Origin: the human T2T-CHM13v2.0 reference genome, Homo sapiens
Assembly: GCF_009914755.1 (NCBI RefSeq)
Contig: NC_060927.1
DNA length: 64,000 nucleotides
Direction: 5' to 3' (one strand)
The stretch's first letter is position 1; the number at the start of each line of letters is the position of its first letter. Below the pieces are notes generated by a model. That model saw nothing but the letters and a program-made list of their open reading frames with translations, was not told where the DNA came from and searched no databases. The translations under genes were made by a program, and so were the position numbers. Shown here piece by piece: positions 16,266-30,685 of this stretch.

Positions 16266-16687
16266 TCCCACCCTATTTAAAATTGTACCTTGCCCTCCGC
16301 GTGGCATACTCCGCTTCTTCTGTGCTCTGTTTCTCTTCTTGCTGCTTGTGACCTCCCAACACACTCTATGTTTTACTTCTCTATTTGGCTTCCTGTCAGG
16401 CTCCCTCCACTGGAATTTAAGTTTCATAAGGGCAAGGATTCTTGTCCCTTTCATTTTCATACCCACAAAATCCATAGCTTTTAGAATATACCTGGCACAC
16501 AGTGGCTCCATATATATTTGTTGAATGAATGAAAATGATAGATCACTAACAATATCATTTAGTTGTTCAGAAGTCTGATTAATTTAAAGCACAAAAAGCA
16601 CTCTCTATTTTTTAATTTTTAACTTTTTATGCCCGGGAGGCTAAGTACAGAGAGAGTATTATGACAGTGCCACCTGAGAAAAGTTAA

Positions 16688-17064
<377 letters not shown>

Positions 17065-17639
17065 GGGCTTTCTATCAGGGAAAGACCCAAGGGAAGTTTT
17101 GTTTCTGGGGATATTTCCGGATAACTGAACTGGCACTGAGGGATCAGGAAAGAACTGGTATCAGAAGTATCATTGGTCAAAGCAAGACAGAGTAAAAGGC
17201 TCTCCCATTGCAGTTTCTTGTCCCTGGGTAATGAAGTCTCTGTTCATACACTTGTTCATTTATTCAACAAATATGTGTATATCTAAATGTTGAACTCTGT
17301 GCTACAAGCTTGGGATATAAGACTAGGTCTGTGATCTTCTGGAATTTCCCCGGTAGAAAGAGGTTCAATATAAGTGATGATAGCCACTCTTCATTTGGCA
17401 AGGACTGCTTGAACTATCTCTGTACCTACCCCAAAGAGAATCAGCTTCTTTTTACCCAGTCTAGGCACAAAATAATACAGATATTTAGTGGCCAAGTGGG
17501 AAGCCACCAAAACGGAGGACTGGATTGGAATTTCAAAGGTAAGTCTGCTATTGATCAGTAAGGATGCTAGAGTCAGTGCTCAAGCATCCTGCTGAGCCAT
17601 GGAATTAAATGAAGGTGCTGTTTAGTGAAGGTTAGAACC

Positions 17640-17830
17640 TTATACCCAAGTTTGCATTTCTGTTCTGCTATTTATGAGATGTATGACGTCGGAAAAGGTA
17701 CCTAACCTATCTGAGGCTGTTTTCTCATCTATAAAATAGCATTAATCTTTCAGTATTGTGTGATTAACACAGATAAAAAAATATAAGGTTTAGCACAGTG
17801 GGAGGTGCACAGTAAGCTCTCAATAAGTTG
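17640..17830. mobile_element. MIR
   Basis: cctaacctatctgaggctgttttctcatctataaaat. Confidence 0.7.
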
Positions 17831-20387
17831 GTATTCAAGAGAAACATAAATCCAGATGGCATACTTAAGAGTTTGGTGGATCTTGGCTTCTCTTTCAGGG
17901 CATCATGGGACAGAAAAAAATGGAGTTATGAAAACAATGTGAGCCAGATTCTGGAAATGGGAACACCCACACGAATCAAGAGGCAGACAATGGTGTCAGG
18001 AACATAGGAAAAATTGCAAACTTCTCATGTATTTATTTTTAGGGAGGTTGCCTACGTTTTATCAGTTATGAATCTCGGATGGCAAATTTAAGGCAAGTTT
18101 CATAAAACACTTTGGGAAAGTTAACCATAATATTAAAGCATGAGGTTTCATCCCAGTATTGTTAAAATTAGGCAGAATGGCTTGGGAGGCCGTTCTCTTT
18201 AGCAGCTCGCTTAACCATGCTGCTTAGAAAAGATGGCAGTGAATTGAAACTGAAAGGCAAACTGTGCTCTCACCATCTGTCTTGAAAGAAGTATGATATG
18301 GTTGTCATTCAGACTGTTTGGAAGGGAAAACCATTTATAAGTTTCTCCAGCCCTGGATTGAGCACTCTGGACAGAGTTGGATCCAAACTATAAAAAAATT
18401 CTTCCTAAGGTTATTTCCAAGGCTTCCATTTCAATAGCAATGCTTTCATAATCAGGCTTAAGCCATCCATTGACTTAAATTACTTTATGAGACTGGATTA
18501 ATTAAAATGCTCAAGATAAGAAACCCCCATCTATCTCCCTTTCCTACTTATCCTGTTCTTCCCCCACGGATCATCAAAATTTGGATAGAGTGTTGAGGGC
18601 TACTCCAATGGTCAGGAAATAACAACTGTGATTAACATGGTGGCTTTAGAAAAGTTGCATCTGTAGCAACAATCAGATTTTACACTCGGAGAACAGTTGC
18701 ACATGATTAAAAATTCTGAACCTACACAAAGTGTCATTTTCTAGAGCAAAAATGTCCTTGTGCTTTAGAGACTGAGACAAGGAAGGAATGAAGTCCACAT
18801 CCCCTCCTGCCCCCTTTGCTAGACTCTTCAGCATGCTGTCAAGGTGTCAGTTTGCTGGCCCACTTCTGACTAAACAGAAGGATCTTTTCATACAGGTAAG
18901 GTATTTCATATGCATTTTTCCACTCTGGAAACATGAGCGGTGGCCTCTTTAGGTCAGATATATAGGTCTACATTATGGATGGCACACAGTGCCTGCTTTT
19001 ATAAGCTGATTGCCGATCTGTCCTTGCTTACCCTAGAGCAGAGAAGATGTTCAATCCAAATAAGCATCTTTCAGCTAAATGACCTTTGCTCAGCCTTACT
19101 CTCTTTAGAACTTTACCTGTCTACAGCACTGGATGAAACTAGGTTTAATATCTATTCAGTCATTCCTTAAGCATTAGATGTTTACATTTCAAGCAATACA
19201 GAATAATTCTGCTTTGTTGCTAGTACTGGGGGTGGGGGAGATACTATTTTATGAGGATAAATAACTTGACTTAGAATATTTCTACCTTTTGGAACAGTGT
19301 GCTGTATTTTAAGTTCAAATGAAACGTTTTATAGACTCATCACAGCTGGTGGCTGGAAGTGACTATTGGGCAATCACTCCATACCATCCTCTTCTTAAAA
19401 ATTACAAGCTTAATTGTCCTACCCATGATTCCTAAGTGGAGAATCATAAGCCACAGAATTAAGAAAAATGTTTAACAAGTGGCCCAGTGGGAGAAGAATA
19501 GAGTCTTTAAAGAATGACTAGGAGAGAATGTCTTTCTATGTGGTACCTGAAAGACAATTTCAAGCCCCTACGAATAAGTAGTATTATTATTACTTTTACT
19601 ATATATTAGGCACGATGCTGTAAGGTACCTGGAAGAAGAAGATAAACATTTTTTGGGAGCTTTGAGGACAGTTTCTATCCTGTGGAATTGAGTACTTCTC
19701 ATTAGCAAAATTGTAGGCCAAATTTCTTCCTCTCAGCCTTCTCTTTTAGATCCTCCCAGGCCAGTTTTGGAGCACCTGCCCACCCCTACCCCTAACTGCA
19801 TTTCGTGGAATCCATTTTTTTGCTACAGGCGTCATTTACCTCTCCCCGTGCCAACAGCTCCTGGCCGCCTTTCCCCTGTTTGTATGTCTTACTCCTGTTT
19901 CTAAATCTGTGCACCATTAACATCTTCATGGAGTTTATCTTATTTGTTGAATGAGACACTCTTTGTTTTAGTGAATGTAATTTGACTGAAAGAATTCCAG
20001 TTAAGGTAGAAATGTGGTTGCTGATAGGACCCGGAGAAATTTCATAGAAATCAGGGGCAGGAAATACTATAATGCCTGGGCCTTGCGGGAGACAGAACTG
20101 GAAAATGAGTCTGGATTTAAACAGGTCTGGGAGCCTCAACAGACATGGAGTCCACAGGCTTCATTCGAATGCTTTGTCATCATTATGCTTCTGTAGGCTT
20201 TTATGTGTCCTTCATTTTGGGCCCTGCAACCAACCTATCCACTGTCTTACAATCCCAAATCCAAATTCCTTGGAAGCAAATCCATTGGACTGCCTCATCT
20301 TTTCCCATTATTTCCCAGGTCATCAAACAGCCCATCAGATGCACTTGGGTCGAGCTGCATTGAGGGGAGAGTAAGGAGGAAGAGTCT

Positions 20388-20425
20388 CACACAGACACAC
20401 ACACACACAGACACAGATACACACA

Positions 20426-20476
<51 letters not shown>
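20388..20476. repeat. Compound (CA)n microsatellite, about 89 nt
   Basis: Direct reading. Confidence 0.97.
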
Positions 20477-20479
<3 letters not shown>

Positions 20480-20745
20480 GCATCCAAGGCTGTGGCCTCT
20501 GATGGATAGTTTGAGAAATGGGAGTGGTGTATCCTCTAATATAAGGTCTTAAGATAAGATAAAGGCCCAGGGACCTTTATGGAATAGCTAATACGTTATC
20601 TCAGCAAAGTAGTGTTTGAAAGGGAGTAAAGAGCTAAGGTTGATTTTCACTTATATTCAAATCGTATTGAAACATCATTTCCTATTTTTCCCAGGGTCAA
20701 TTTCTGACAGCAGTTTGAAAGTAGAAGACTTAATACACATATTCT

Positions 20746-20747
<2 letters not shown>

Positions 20748-20780
<33 letters not shown>

Positions 20781-20798
20781 GTGTGTGTGTGTGTGTGT
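20748..20798. repeat. (TG)n microsatellite, about 25 units
   Basis: Direct reading. Confidence 0.97.
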
Positions 20799-21090
20799 CG
20801 AGAGAAAGCATATGGACACTATTGCAGCGGCAACAGAAGAGAAAGTAGTATGGACTTTTCGTGCTAGAGGAGATTTTAGAGATCTGCCGGCCCAACCCAC
20901 ACATTTTACACATGAAGAAATCCGCACTCATAAAATTTAGATGGCTAACTTAAGGGTGTACAGCTATTAAGTGGGAAAACAGAGACTCGGATCTCAGATC
21001 TCAGGCAGAACAAATCTCAGATCCCCAATCCATTGAGCTTCACAACCCAGCTCTATTATATTTTTGTCTCCAGAAAGAAAGTCTTTATTA

Positions 21091-21165
21091 TTAGGTTGGT
21101 GCAAAAGTAATTGTGGTTTTTATCATTAAAACTGCAAAAACTGCAATTACTTGTGCACTGACCTA
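21091..21165. mobile_element. MADE1 (Hsmar1 MITE), more diverged copy
   Basis: ttaggttggtgcaaaagtaattgtggttttt...aaaaactgcaattacttgtgcactgaccta. Confidence 0.9.
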
Positions 21166-22699
21166 TAATTGAAGCAAGCCCAAATATATATCATGCTTTG
21201 TCAACTGCATGATTGCTTATTACCTTTTAGTTCTCACCTCAAAGGTTAGTACCCCAAAGGGCTCCTTGACCACTACCTACAGTCAGTTCCACTCCTTGTT
21301 CCCCAGGTTTTCCATGATACCATTCTTTTCTTACATTCAGGTCACATGCCCCAATCTTTAATCACCTTGTGCATTTGTGTCCTCATTTTACTCTTCCAGT
21401 AAAATATGAGGCTCCATGAAGGTAAAGATTGTTTCTCTTCTTCACGTCTGCATCCCTAGCTCCTGTAATCATGCCCAGCATATTGTAGGAGCACCTAAAT
21501 AGTCATGCCTGTGTACATTTAATACATATAAATATTAAAATAATAAGTGGTTGGAGAGAACACATAAAATCTTCTTGGCCACATATACTTCCTAATTACT
21601 GACAGCATACAAAGTTTAATATCTTTATGCTATTACATTTCTCTAAAGATCCCCATATATTTTTGTGTGCTGTGTCATAATTTCAAGCTAAAACAACACC
21701 TGGAATTCGTAGCAAAGGGAACCAGCAACATCTGATTCAGATGTGATTTTACCTGTGCGGGTGTATTCCACATAACTGTGAGTGTGCTCATAACAGAGAG
21801 TAACTTGGCTTAGAGATGCTGCATCCCAAATATCCTCTTTGTTTGTGACTCTGACTTTGTCCTGTCACTTTGTTTGTGACTTGTGACTTTGTCCTGTGAC
21901 TCTGACGGTAAGAATTGTTCATTCTTATTTCTGGCTCTTGGCAGCCTACAGATGCTTCCTGTTAGTGCTCCTGGCAGGTTACTGATGGGGCCTGTTGTTT
22001 ATTGCCCTATCTATCAAGTCCTATTTATTTTTAAAATAAACTTTAAGTATACTGTAAACTCCCTTCACAAACAAATTTTTCCTCCTCTTTTACACTTGAC
22101 ACGCCTCTAAAAGGAATAGTAACTCTGTCTCATAAATATTTGAACCTGAACCTTTTAGGAAAGAATTATACTTAAGCTACTCAAGAGCAGGAAAGGTCTC
22201 TGTCTGAAACCTCCCTTCTAACTACTCACTTCTCTCTTCCTCTTCAATCTCTCTCTCACTTTTTTTTTTGCATTATCTTATCCCAACTTTTATACTGCTC
22301 TCTTATCCCACTGCAGACCCAATTCTCTGGTCAAAACTGCTGTCCATATCTTTATTAAGTATTGCTTATATAATGTAAATGTCTTTATTAAAAATATTAA
22401 AGGGCTTACTATTTCCAAGCTCATCAAACCCAAATGTTTTACATCTCTTGCTTGGTCCTACATCATGTAAATTTACTATTTTATTCAATCATCTAACACA
22501 AAGCTGATGAGAAAAGATGTTGACATGGTAAAACAAAACAAAAATGTCTTGGGGTTTAGATTCATACTGACTTGGGTTCAATTTTAACACTACTACTTAT
22601 TAACTGACAGCCTTGAGGAAGTCTCCTAACTTCTCTTACTATGCTTTCTCATTGGAAAAGTGAACACTAATAATACCCATTTGAGTACAGATTCATGGT

Positions 22700-23318
22700 T
22701 GTGATAATTAATTTGAGGTGTCAACTTGATTGGATTAAGGAATACTTAGGAAGCTGGAAAGTATTACTTCTGGTTGTGTCTGTGAGGTTTCCAGAGGAGA
22801 CTGGTGCATGAATCAGTGGACTGAGTGGGGAAGATCCACCCTCAATGTGGGTGGGCACTATCCAATTGGCTGGGGGCCCAGATAGAACAAAAAAGGAGAG
22901 AAAAAGATTTCCTTTCTGTCTCTCCTAGAGCTAGGACATTCTTCTCCTCCTGGCCCTGGACATCAGAACCCCAGGCTCTCCAGCCTTTGGACTTCAGGAC
23001 TGACACAAGCAACCTGCTGGGTTCTTAGGCCTTTGGCCTTGTACTGAGACTTACACCATCAGCTTCCCTGGTCCTGAGACTTTTGGACTTGGATTGAGCC
23101 ACGCTACTGGCATCCCAGGATCTCCAGCTTGCAGACAGCCTGTCGTGGGACTTCACAGCCTCCATAATTATGTGAGCCAATTCCCCTAATAAATCTCCTC
23201 ATATGTCTATCTATGTCTATATCTATACCTATATCTATATCATCTATCTATATCTATAAACTGTCAATATATCTATATCCTATTGGTTCTGTTTCTCTGG
23301 AGAACCCTGACTAATGCC
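22700..23318 (+). mobile_element. MLT2 (ERVL) solo LTR, MLT2B/C-like, with an internal (TA/TCTA)n tract
   Basis: Starts tgtgataattaatttgaggtgtcaacttgattggatt and ends ctctggagaaccctgactaat; AATAAA at 23188. Confidence 0.9.
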
Positions 23319-23329
23319 CTGGCATTCTC

Positions 23330-23672
23330 TAAATATTTATAGCTCTTGTCTTTCTAAGCACATGGTAGCATTACTTTCCACCAGTACTTTTCAGTTTAGG
23401 AATGGTTAAATGATTTGTTTTGACTAATGAAATGTGAGTGGAAGGGATGTGTTTCACTAGTGGACAGACATTTTTAGAGACAGTGTGTGATTTACAATGG
23501 TCCCTTCCCCCAGTGAGGCAAATATGAAAACATATGGAGAAAGCTTTCATTATCCTGGGATCTTGGCTGTTTACAATAAGCAAATCCTCCTACTGACCCC
23601 CACTGGATATGCAGCATGAGCTATTGGGGTTGCTTGTTATTACAGCAAACATTTTTGTATCCTAACTGAAAC
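23330..23672. mobile_element. MLT1-type LTR, degenerate
   Basis: Ends ggggttgcttgttattacagc...cctaactgaaaca. Confidence 0.6.
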
Positions 23673-26635
23673 ATCTATTTGGCAAGGTTGTTTGGAGGAT
23701 GAGTGACAATATACTTAGAGAGGCAACACAGTGCCACTATGCAGTCAATCAATGGTATCTGTCATCATCAGGAACATTATCATTGTTAGCATTGTTATTT
23801 TGTTAGATTTATTTCTATCCTGAGTTTTGTCTTGATTCCCATTATCTTATTGTGCTTTAATGTTTACATTTCTTGCCCTTCACTAAATTATAAGATCTTT
23901 GAGAAGGACAGCATACTTCATGTGCCCTCAGTCAGGAATAACCCATTAGATATGGTATCCATTCCAACAATTTTACTGTTGTAGCCTGAATGCAAGTATA
24001 CATAATACATAAACAAATGGGCATGTTTGTATTCCAGTAAAACTTAATTTATAAAAACAGAAGGCAAACCATAGTCTGTAACCTTCATTTAGACTCTATT
24101 CTTATCCTTCTCCCTCCTTCTCTCTCTCCATCTTCAACCCTAGTTTTCCTCTTTCTCTTGTGGGTATGATTGTATTCTCTGCTTCCCCAGGTAACCTTTT
24201 TCCTCAAAGATAAAAGTAGCCACCACTATAAAGGAAGTAAATCCCCTCCTCCCCTGTGTTCTTCCTTGGGTAATGTGCCCACACTTGAGCCAATCTCTGC
24301 TGACAGAGCATGGGAATTCCCGAGTGGTCAGGCTTGAGTCATGTGACCAACCTGATGATCAGAGAATGGTCTGTGATTGAGGAATCTTTCAAAGCCATCA
24401 GGGGTGCAGATGGAAGAAAGTAAGATGCTTGGTAGACACAACAGGGGGCTTCTTACAAGCTCTTTTCTCCTACACATGCAGAGAAATAGGAAACAACCTA
24501 GTCCACAGGACCATCCTTAACAAATATATATTGGGTAGTAGGCTTGATACTTCATAGCCAATTTCCCTGGATATTCTTTAAAGGCTTCCTGTGGGATCTG
24601 CAAACAAAAGCGTTAGCTTGTATTTCTGATGGATTGGTTGTGAGAGGTAGGAAATACAGCAAACGAAGGAGACTCTTAAGTTTCTGGCCGAAGCACCTGG
24701 GTGAGTGGAGGTACCATATATTTAGATGGTTAGAATTCATCTCCTAAACTGTAAGGCGGAAGCAGCAATATGGATACTCCCCAGTTGGCTTGTAAGTATT
24801 TTCCAATGATCTGGGAAAACTTACCAAACTTTACAAAAGCTAATAAACAAAGTATTATAATGTTATATGAGTCAGGACTCCCTGGAAACTATCCAAATTC
24901 GTCTCTGTAATATGGGGAATGCCTGAAAATTCCTAATGTGCAATACCATACTACAGGGGGAAAAATAAACACCTTATTCTTGCTATTCCTGGCCACATAA
25001 GGTCTGTGTAAAGGGCTTTACTGGCTGCCGTAGATATGTGTTGGGCACTCAAAAACTGAGTCAGTTTAGTATACCAGTACATCTTCTATTTTTACTTTGC
25101 TCAGAAAATCTGATGAAATTATACAAATCCCTGAAATCTAATATTTTTATGTGATAAGATTGTGTAAGAGGAGGGGGTGGAAGAGAAGTTTGGAAAATGT
25201 GGTGACAGATGGCAAGTGGGCTCAGGCACATAGCGTTCCTATATATAGGGGAGGGGACAATCTGGTTAATCAAGGGGAGGGGGGAGCACTTTCAAATTTA
25301 GATTCAAGTATTTTATATATTCAGCAACATCATTTAGTGAAGCAGCCTAGCCGGGTAGAATTTTTAATTTTTTTCTTGGTTGGGGGTGAGCTGTGTGATA
25401 TATATTTTCAACAGTTTTCCATATTCTTTCATGATGTCTACATTTAACAATCAAATTGTATCTATAAGTTTTGGGTGTGTCTGTTGAGAGAGGGCTGAGA
25501 CTATATATTTCTAGAGAGAGTTCCTTCCAAGGAAATTTACAACATTTCAAAAATTAGGGTCATTACAACTAATTTAACAAGAATGGAAAATTAAAGTGAA
25601 TGTTCACAATGAAGATGTCTTTATAGTTCAGTAGAATGAGCAGTGAGCTGGCAATGAGGACACTTGAGTTCCAGGCCCAGCTCTAGGTAATACAGTCCCA
25701 GGTAGACTGTGTTGCCTTACACAGGGCACTTCAGCTCTTTGAATCTTAGTCTGTTTATTTTTAAACTGAGAGTCCAGATTAAATTATCTATAGGATAATC
25801 TTGGTTTTATATTTCCATTGTTATAGGCTGTGTGTTAGTGCTCAGTTAGTTAGAATGCTTTTGATTCCAAGTAACAACAGAAAGCCCAACTGAAGCTGTC
25901 TTAATTCATCACAGGGAAAGCCTAGTGTTGAGTGGACTTTCAGATTGGTTTGATTCAAAAAAGGACATTTCCCCAGCTTGTTTACTCTTCTTTCCAGGGT
26001 GTCGGCCTCATCCTGACAGGTTGGTGGCTCTTCAGAATCTGAAAATATCAGTTAATGACTCCTGATTAATGTTATGCTTTTTTATACAACTCTGGATGAA
26101 AAGAGAAAATCACTTTTTGAGGCTGTCTTAGACAAGTGAGGAAATGTCTTTTAGAAGATCCCTGAAAACTTGTCCTTGCATGACTTTGGCCCAAACTGAC
26201 TTTTGTTCATATGTGTGATCATGTCAAGGGAATGGGGCTACCGTGAACTATAGGAAAGACTTCTGGAACCAGCGGTTAGCTTGGCAGAGAGATTGTGGTT
26301 ACATAAGTGAAAATCAGGAAGGATCATAAGTAATGGAAGCAACCATGAAATCTACCAAACATGGCTTTGAACACTTAAGTTTCATATGATCTACACAGTT
26401 AAATATGAACTAGAAAAAAAAACAAATTAATGAAATGGAGGTTTTATATGGTAGCTATTATCGTACCAAGCACATAGTAAGCATTCAATAAAGATGCCTA
26501 CCTTGGGCTAACCTTAAATCTGTTAAACACAGAGAACATATCTCTTAGTTGACAACTAAATAACAAGAAATTGCAGGTATTTTGGGGGTTGCCATAGTGA
26601 CCAGAGGCCTTCTGCTGTACATTTTTGTTTTAATG

Positions 26636-26815
26636 CAGTGGTTTTCAAACTTGGCTGCAAATTGGAACCACTTAGGGAGCTTTGAAAAACGCTATTGCTT
26701 GAGTCCCATCTCCAGAGTTCCTGATTTGATTGATCTGGGTGGGGGCCAGGGCATTTAGAGTTTTAAAAACTCTCCAGATTATTGTAACTTACTGCCAAGA
26801 TTGAGGATTTCTGGC
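26636..26815. mobile_element. MER5-family hAT element
   Basis: cagtggttttcaaacttggctgcaaattggaaccac...ccaagattgagg. Confidence 0.8.
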
Positions 26816-27702
26816 TTAGGGACTCCAAACATGAGCATGCGAGGTGTGTTCTCATCCCCTCTTCCCTTGAACTCCCTTTTATAATTCTCTTTTTCTCTAC
26901 TCTAAACTTGTAACTGTTAGATTCTTCTCCCTGAGCTGGGACTCCCAGAGATACCACATGTTCTCCATTACACTATGACAAAAACCTGAATGTGAGGGTG
27001 GAAACCAAGAGTAGGGAAGGCGTACTGTCAATAGGGTGTGTTAGAAGAAGGGGACAAAGGGGTGGAGAAAAGAAGAAGTGATGCAAAAAGCATTTTCCTC
27101 TGGCACTAGGATGAGGTTGGAGATGCACATTTAGGCACTCTCAGACTCAGATTCCCACACAAACACCCATACACATACAGACACATCATCTGAAATTCTT
27201 CCCAGCCTCCTCCCTGCTCAGCCCACTGCCAACGGCTTGCTTAGAATCTTGCTGCAAATTCATAAAACACCTAAAACATGAATAAATGAGAAGTGACTGT
27301 GTATTCATTCATTCGCACATTCATGTATTCATATGTTCTATAAATATTGATTAGGCACCTACTATGTGCCAGGTACATTGCCAGATGGTGAGTGAACAGT
27401 GATAAATAAAACAGGAGCTTATAGCACATTAAAGGCCTTAAATCTGGAAAGGGTTTGGAGTGTATGAAGCAGGGAAATGATTATCTTCTTCAACAGTAAT
27501 TGAGTTCTAGTCTCCGTACCTCATTTGTTGAGTGAGTCCTTGGTAAACAAATGACTGCCCAAATGAATTAGTGAGAAAAGACCAGAGTGACTGGAGCATG
27601 GTGCATGTGCAGGTGTTTAGGGAAAAGTGGAATAATATTAGGTTGGAAATAGGTGTGGATATCAGTACATGCTGGATCTAGTTTTTAAAAAATCGGACAT
27701 TA

Positions 27703-28187
<485 letters not shown>

Positions 28188-29739
28188 TGGTATAATATGT
28201 TTGAGGAGCTGAAAGGCACTATGCTACTTTGCCTAATTATATGGACATAAAAGATAGTCTAGTGGAGAGACAATAATAGAGAAATATGACACAGAACAAT
28301 AGATGCTACAGCAAGTGCAGTTGACAGAATCTATGGGAGTGTAGAGGAGGGATCTCTAACTTAGACTTGGGAGGCCAAGAGAAACTCCATAGAGAATGAC
28401 ATCAAGAACCTAATCTGGAAAAGCAAGCTGAGTTAGGAAAAAGGAAGGGGAAGGGAAATGGTAGGTAGAAATGAAAGACAGAGCAAGGATTTTTCAAATA
28501 GAAAGAATGTTTCAATAGAATTCTATACATTTGCACATTCAAAGGTATAGAGAAGTGAGAAAACATCTTACAATTCTGAGCAAAATCTTAATTACACCAA
28601 ATAAATCAAATTTAATTTTAAAACTTTATAGAGATTTATGGTATACCAGATACACTGATATGCATCTAGCAATGATCTTTTGAAGCAGGTATCAGTGAGG
28701 CAACTTAGGTGAAGTTACATAGAATCCAACAGCTAGTAAGAGGTAGAGCTGAAATAGACTCAAGCAGTTTGACTCCAGAGTTCATTATCTCATTCCTGCT
28801 GTTAGATTGCCTCTCTGACTACATTAAAAAATAAATAAAAGGAGGAAGACCCAAAGAGATATAGATTAAAATATATATATTGCTATTTTCCTGTGTTTTT
28901 CTACTATTTCTGGAAATTGTCTAGTTCACATAATTAAAAACTCAAGCCAGACAAAAGAGAATAATCAGCTATATTAACAGTAAGCCAAAGACTTCTATTC
29001 TTCAGAAATTTACTTAAAGGCAAATCAGATATAAACCTAGGAAGTCCAGAAAAGTTAATAGGACTTAAGCCCACACCAAGAAAATAAGATATATGTATGA
29101 TTATCTTTTTGTAGTTAACCACTGACACTATGTAGGATCCTATAGAAAAAGAAAGGCATTCCTGTTTTTAATTTTTTGTTTCATGTAGTAAAAAATTTAC
29201 TACCAAAAAGTAAAATCAACCACAATTAACAAGCAGTGAATGGATGTTGAATATTTCAAGAAACAAAAGTACAATACTTTAGATTGGTTAAGTGGATTAA
29301 GAGCACCATTAGAGGACTGACATGAGAAATGTGATATTTTGAGGAAAAAATAATAAAATATGAAAAATACAATGAAAAATCATAAAACATAAAAAACATA
29401 TATTAAACAAAAAAAATTAAACAAAAAAAACCATATATTAAATTACAATTTTTTAAAAAAAACAACAGCACCAAATAGGCATGTTTGGAAAAGTGTTAGA
29501 AGTATGTACACTTAAATGTGAATACTGGTAACATTTGTGTGATAGGTTATAGATGACTTTTAAAATTTTTAGTTTAGATCTTATCTACCTTTTAACATAT
29601 GAATACGTTATTTTATACGTAGGAAGAAATTATAAAACATATCAAAGTCCTTTAGTCCTAAAAGTACATATGAAAGCTTTGCTAGCCTTAGTCAACATTA
29701 TAATTATGCCCTCAATATTCATTCTCCTTTTCCCATTAT

Positions 29740-30295
29740 TATCCTAATTCTCCTTTAAGTGCCACCCTCCCCCACTGCATGCATCTCTTTTGGGGGATGC
29801 TCTCCTGAGTTAGGGATGTGGCATGTACTGTAGTTCTAAGCCCAACAATGTGATCCTTCCCCCTGGTCAAGGTCACTGGCTTAAGGAGGGGCAAGTGACC
29901 CAAGTTAAACTAATGAGGCATGACAAGTAATTTGCTGGAGGAAGCTAGGAATAAATAATCCTTGCTCATGTGAGAAAAACCCAAAACAATCGTTTCTCTT
30001 GTTCCTATGTGGATGAGGAAGCACATAGCCCAGGCAGCCATTGGCAGCCATGTTTCAGCCGTGAGGAGACACCTGCCTTAGAATGAATAGAAATCCTGGA
30101 AGGCAGAGAGAGTTGGAAATAAGCTAGTTCTTTCATGGGTTAGTGGAATTGCTGATCAAACCCAACTGCAAGTGAGTGCCACCTGTGGGCTATCAACCCA
30201 TAGGAAACCATACATCTTCTTTATTATTTACTCCAGTTTGAATTTTGTGTGTGCATGTTTGTTTTTCTGTTAATTGTAACCAAACACATCCTACT
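29740..30295. mobile_element. MLT1-type LTR, degenerate
   Basis: ggcaagtgacccaag...ggcagccatg...aattgtaaccaaacacatcctac. Confidence 0.6.
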
Positions 30296-30424
30296 TCTTT
30301 CTTTCTATGCTATTTTCATCCTGGAAGGTTACTATCAGGTAATTAAAGATCTTTCTTCTAGCTTACTAAAAATTATTCAAAATCACAGGTTTTATTTTCC
30401 TTGACCTGGCTGGTGTATTCTAGA

Positions 30425-30603
30425 ACTGTGCTGTCCAATACAGTAGCTATCAACCAAATGTGGCTATTTAAATTTAAAATAGTTTCTTGGTTGCACTTCT
30501 GACGTTTCAAATGCTTAATAGCTACATGTCAATAGTGGCTACCATATTAGCCAGCAGAAATAGAGAACATCTTCCACACTGCCGAAAGTTCTCTTGAATA
30601 GTG
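30425..30603. mobile_element. MER3 (hAT)
   Basis: ctgtgctgtccaatacagtagc...agaacatcttccacactgccgaaagttct. Confidence 0.8.
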
Positions 30604-30641
30604 CTCTCTCTCTCTCTCATTCTCTCTATCCCCCTCTCTCT

Positions 30642-30682
<41 letters not shown>

Positions 30683-30685
30683 TGT
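30604..30685. repeat. (CT)n(GT)n compound microsatellite
   Basis: Direct reading. Confidence 0.95.

Larger units (their letters stand above)
14950..16535. mobile_element. L2 element interrupted by MER5A, a local duplication and an MLT1 LTR
   Basis: Collinear L2 pieces ending ...cctggcacacagtggctccatatatatttgttgaatgaatgaa. Confidence 0.75.

Noticed and set aside
20203-20940. ORFs with THTHTH / VCVCVC runs, and the poly-Thr ORF at 787
   Set aside because: They are translations of microsatellites.
21837-21906. Short direct repeats resembling a CRISPR array (also 56564-56622)
   Set aside because: They are head-to-tail tandem copies with no unique spacers, in a mammalian context with no cas genes.
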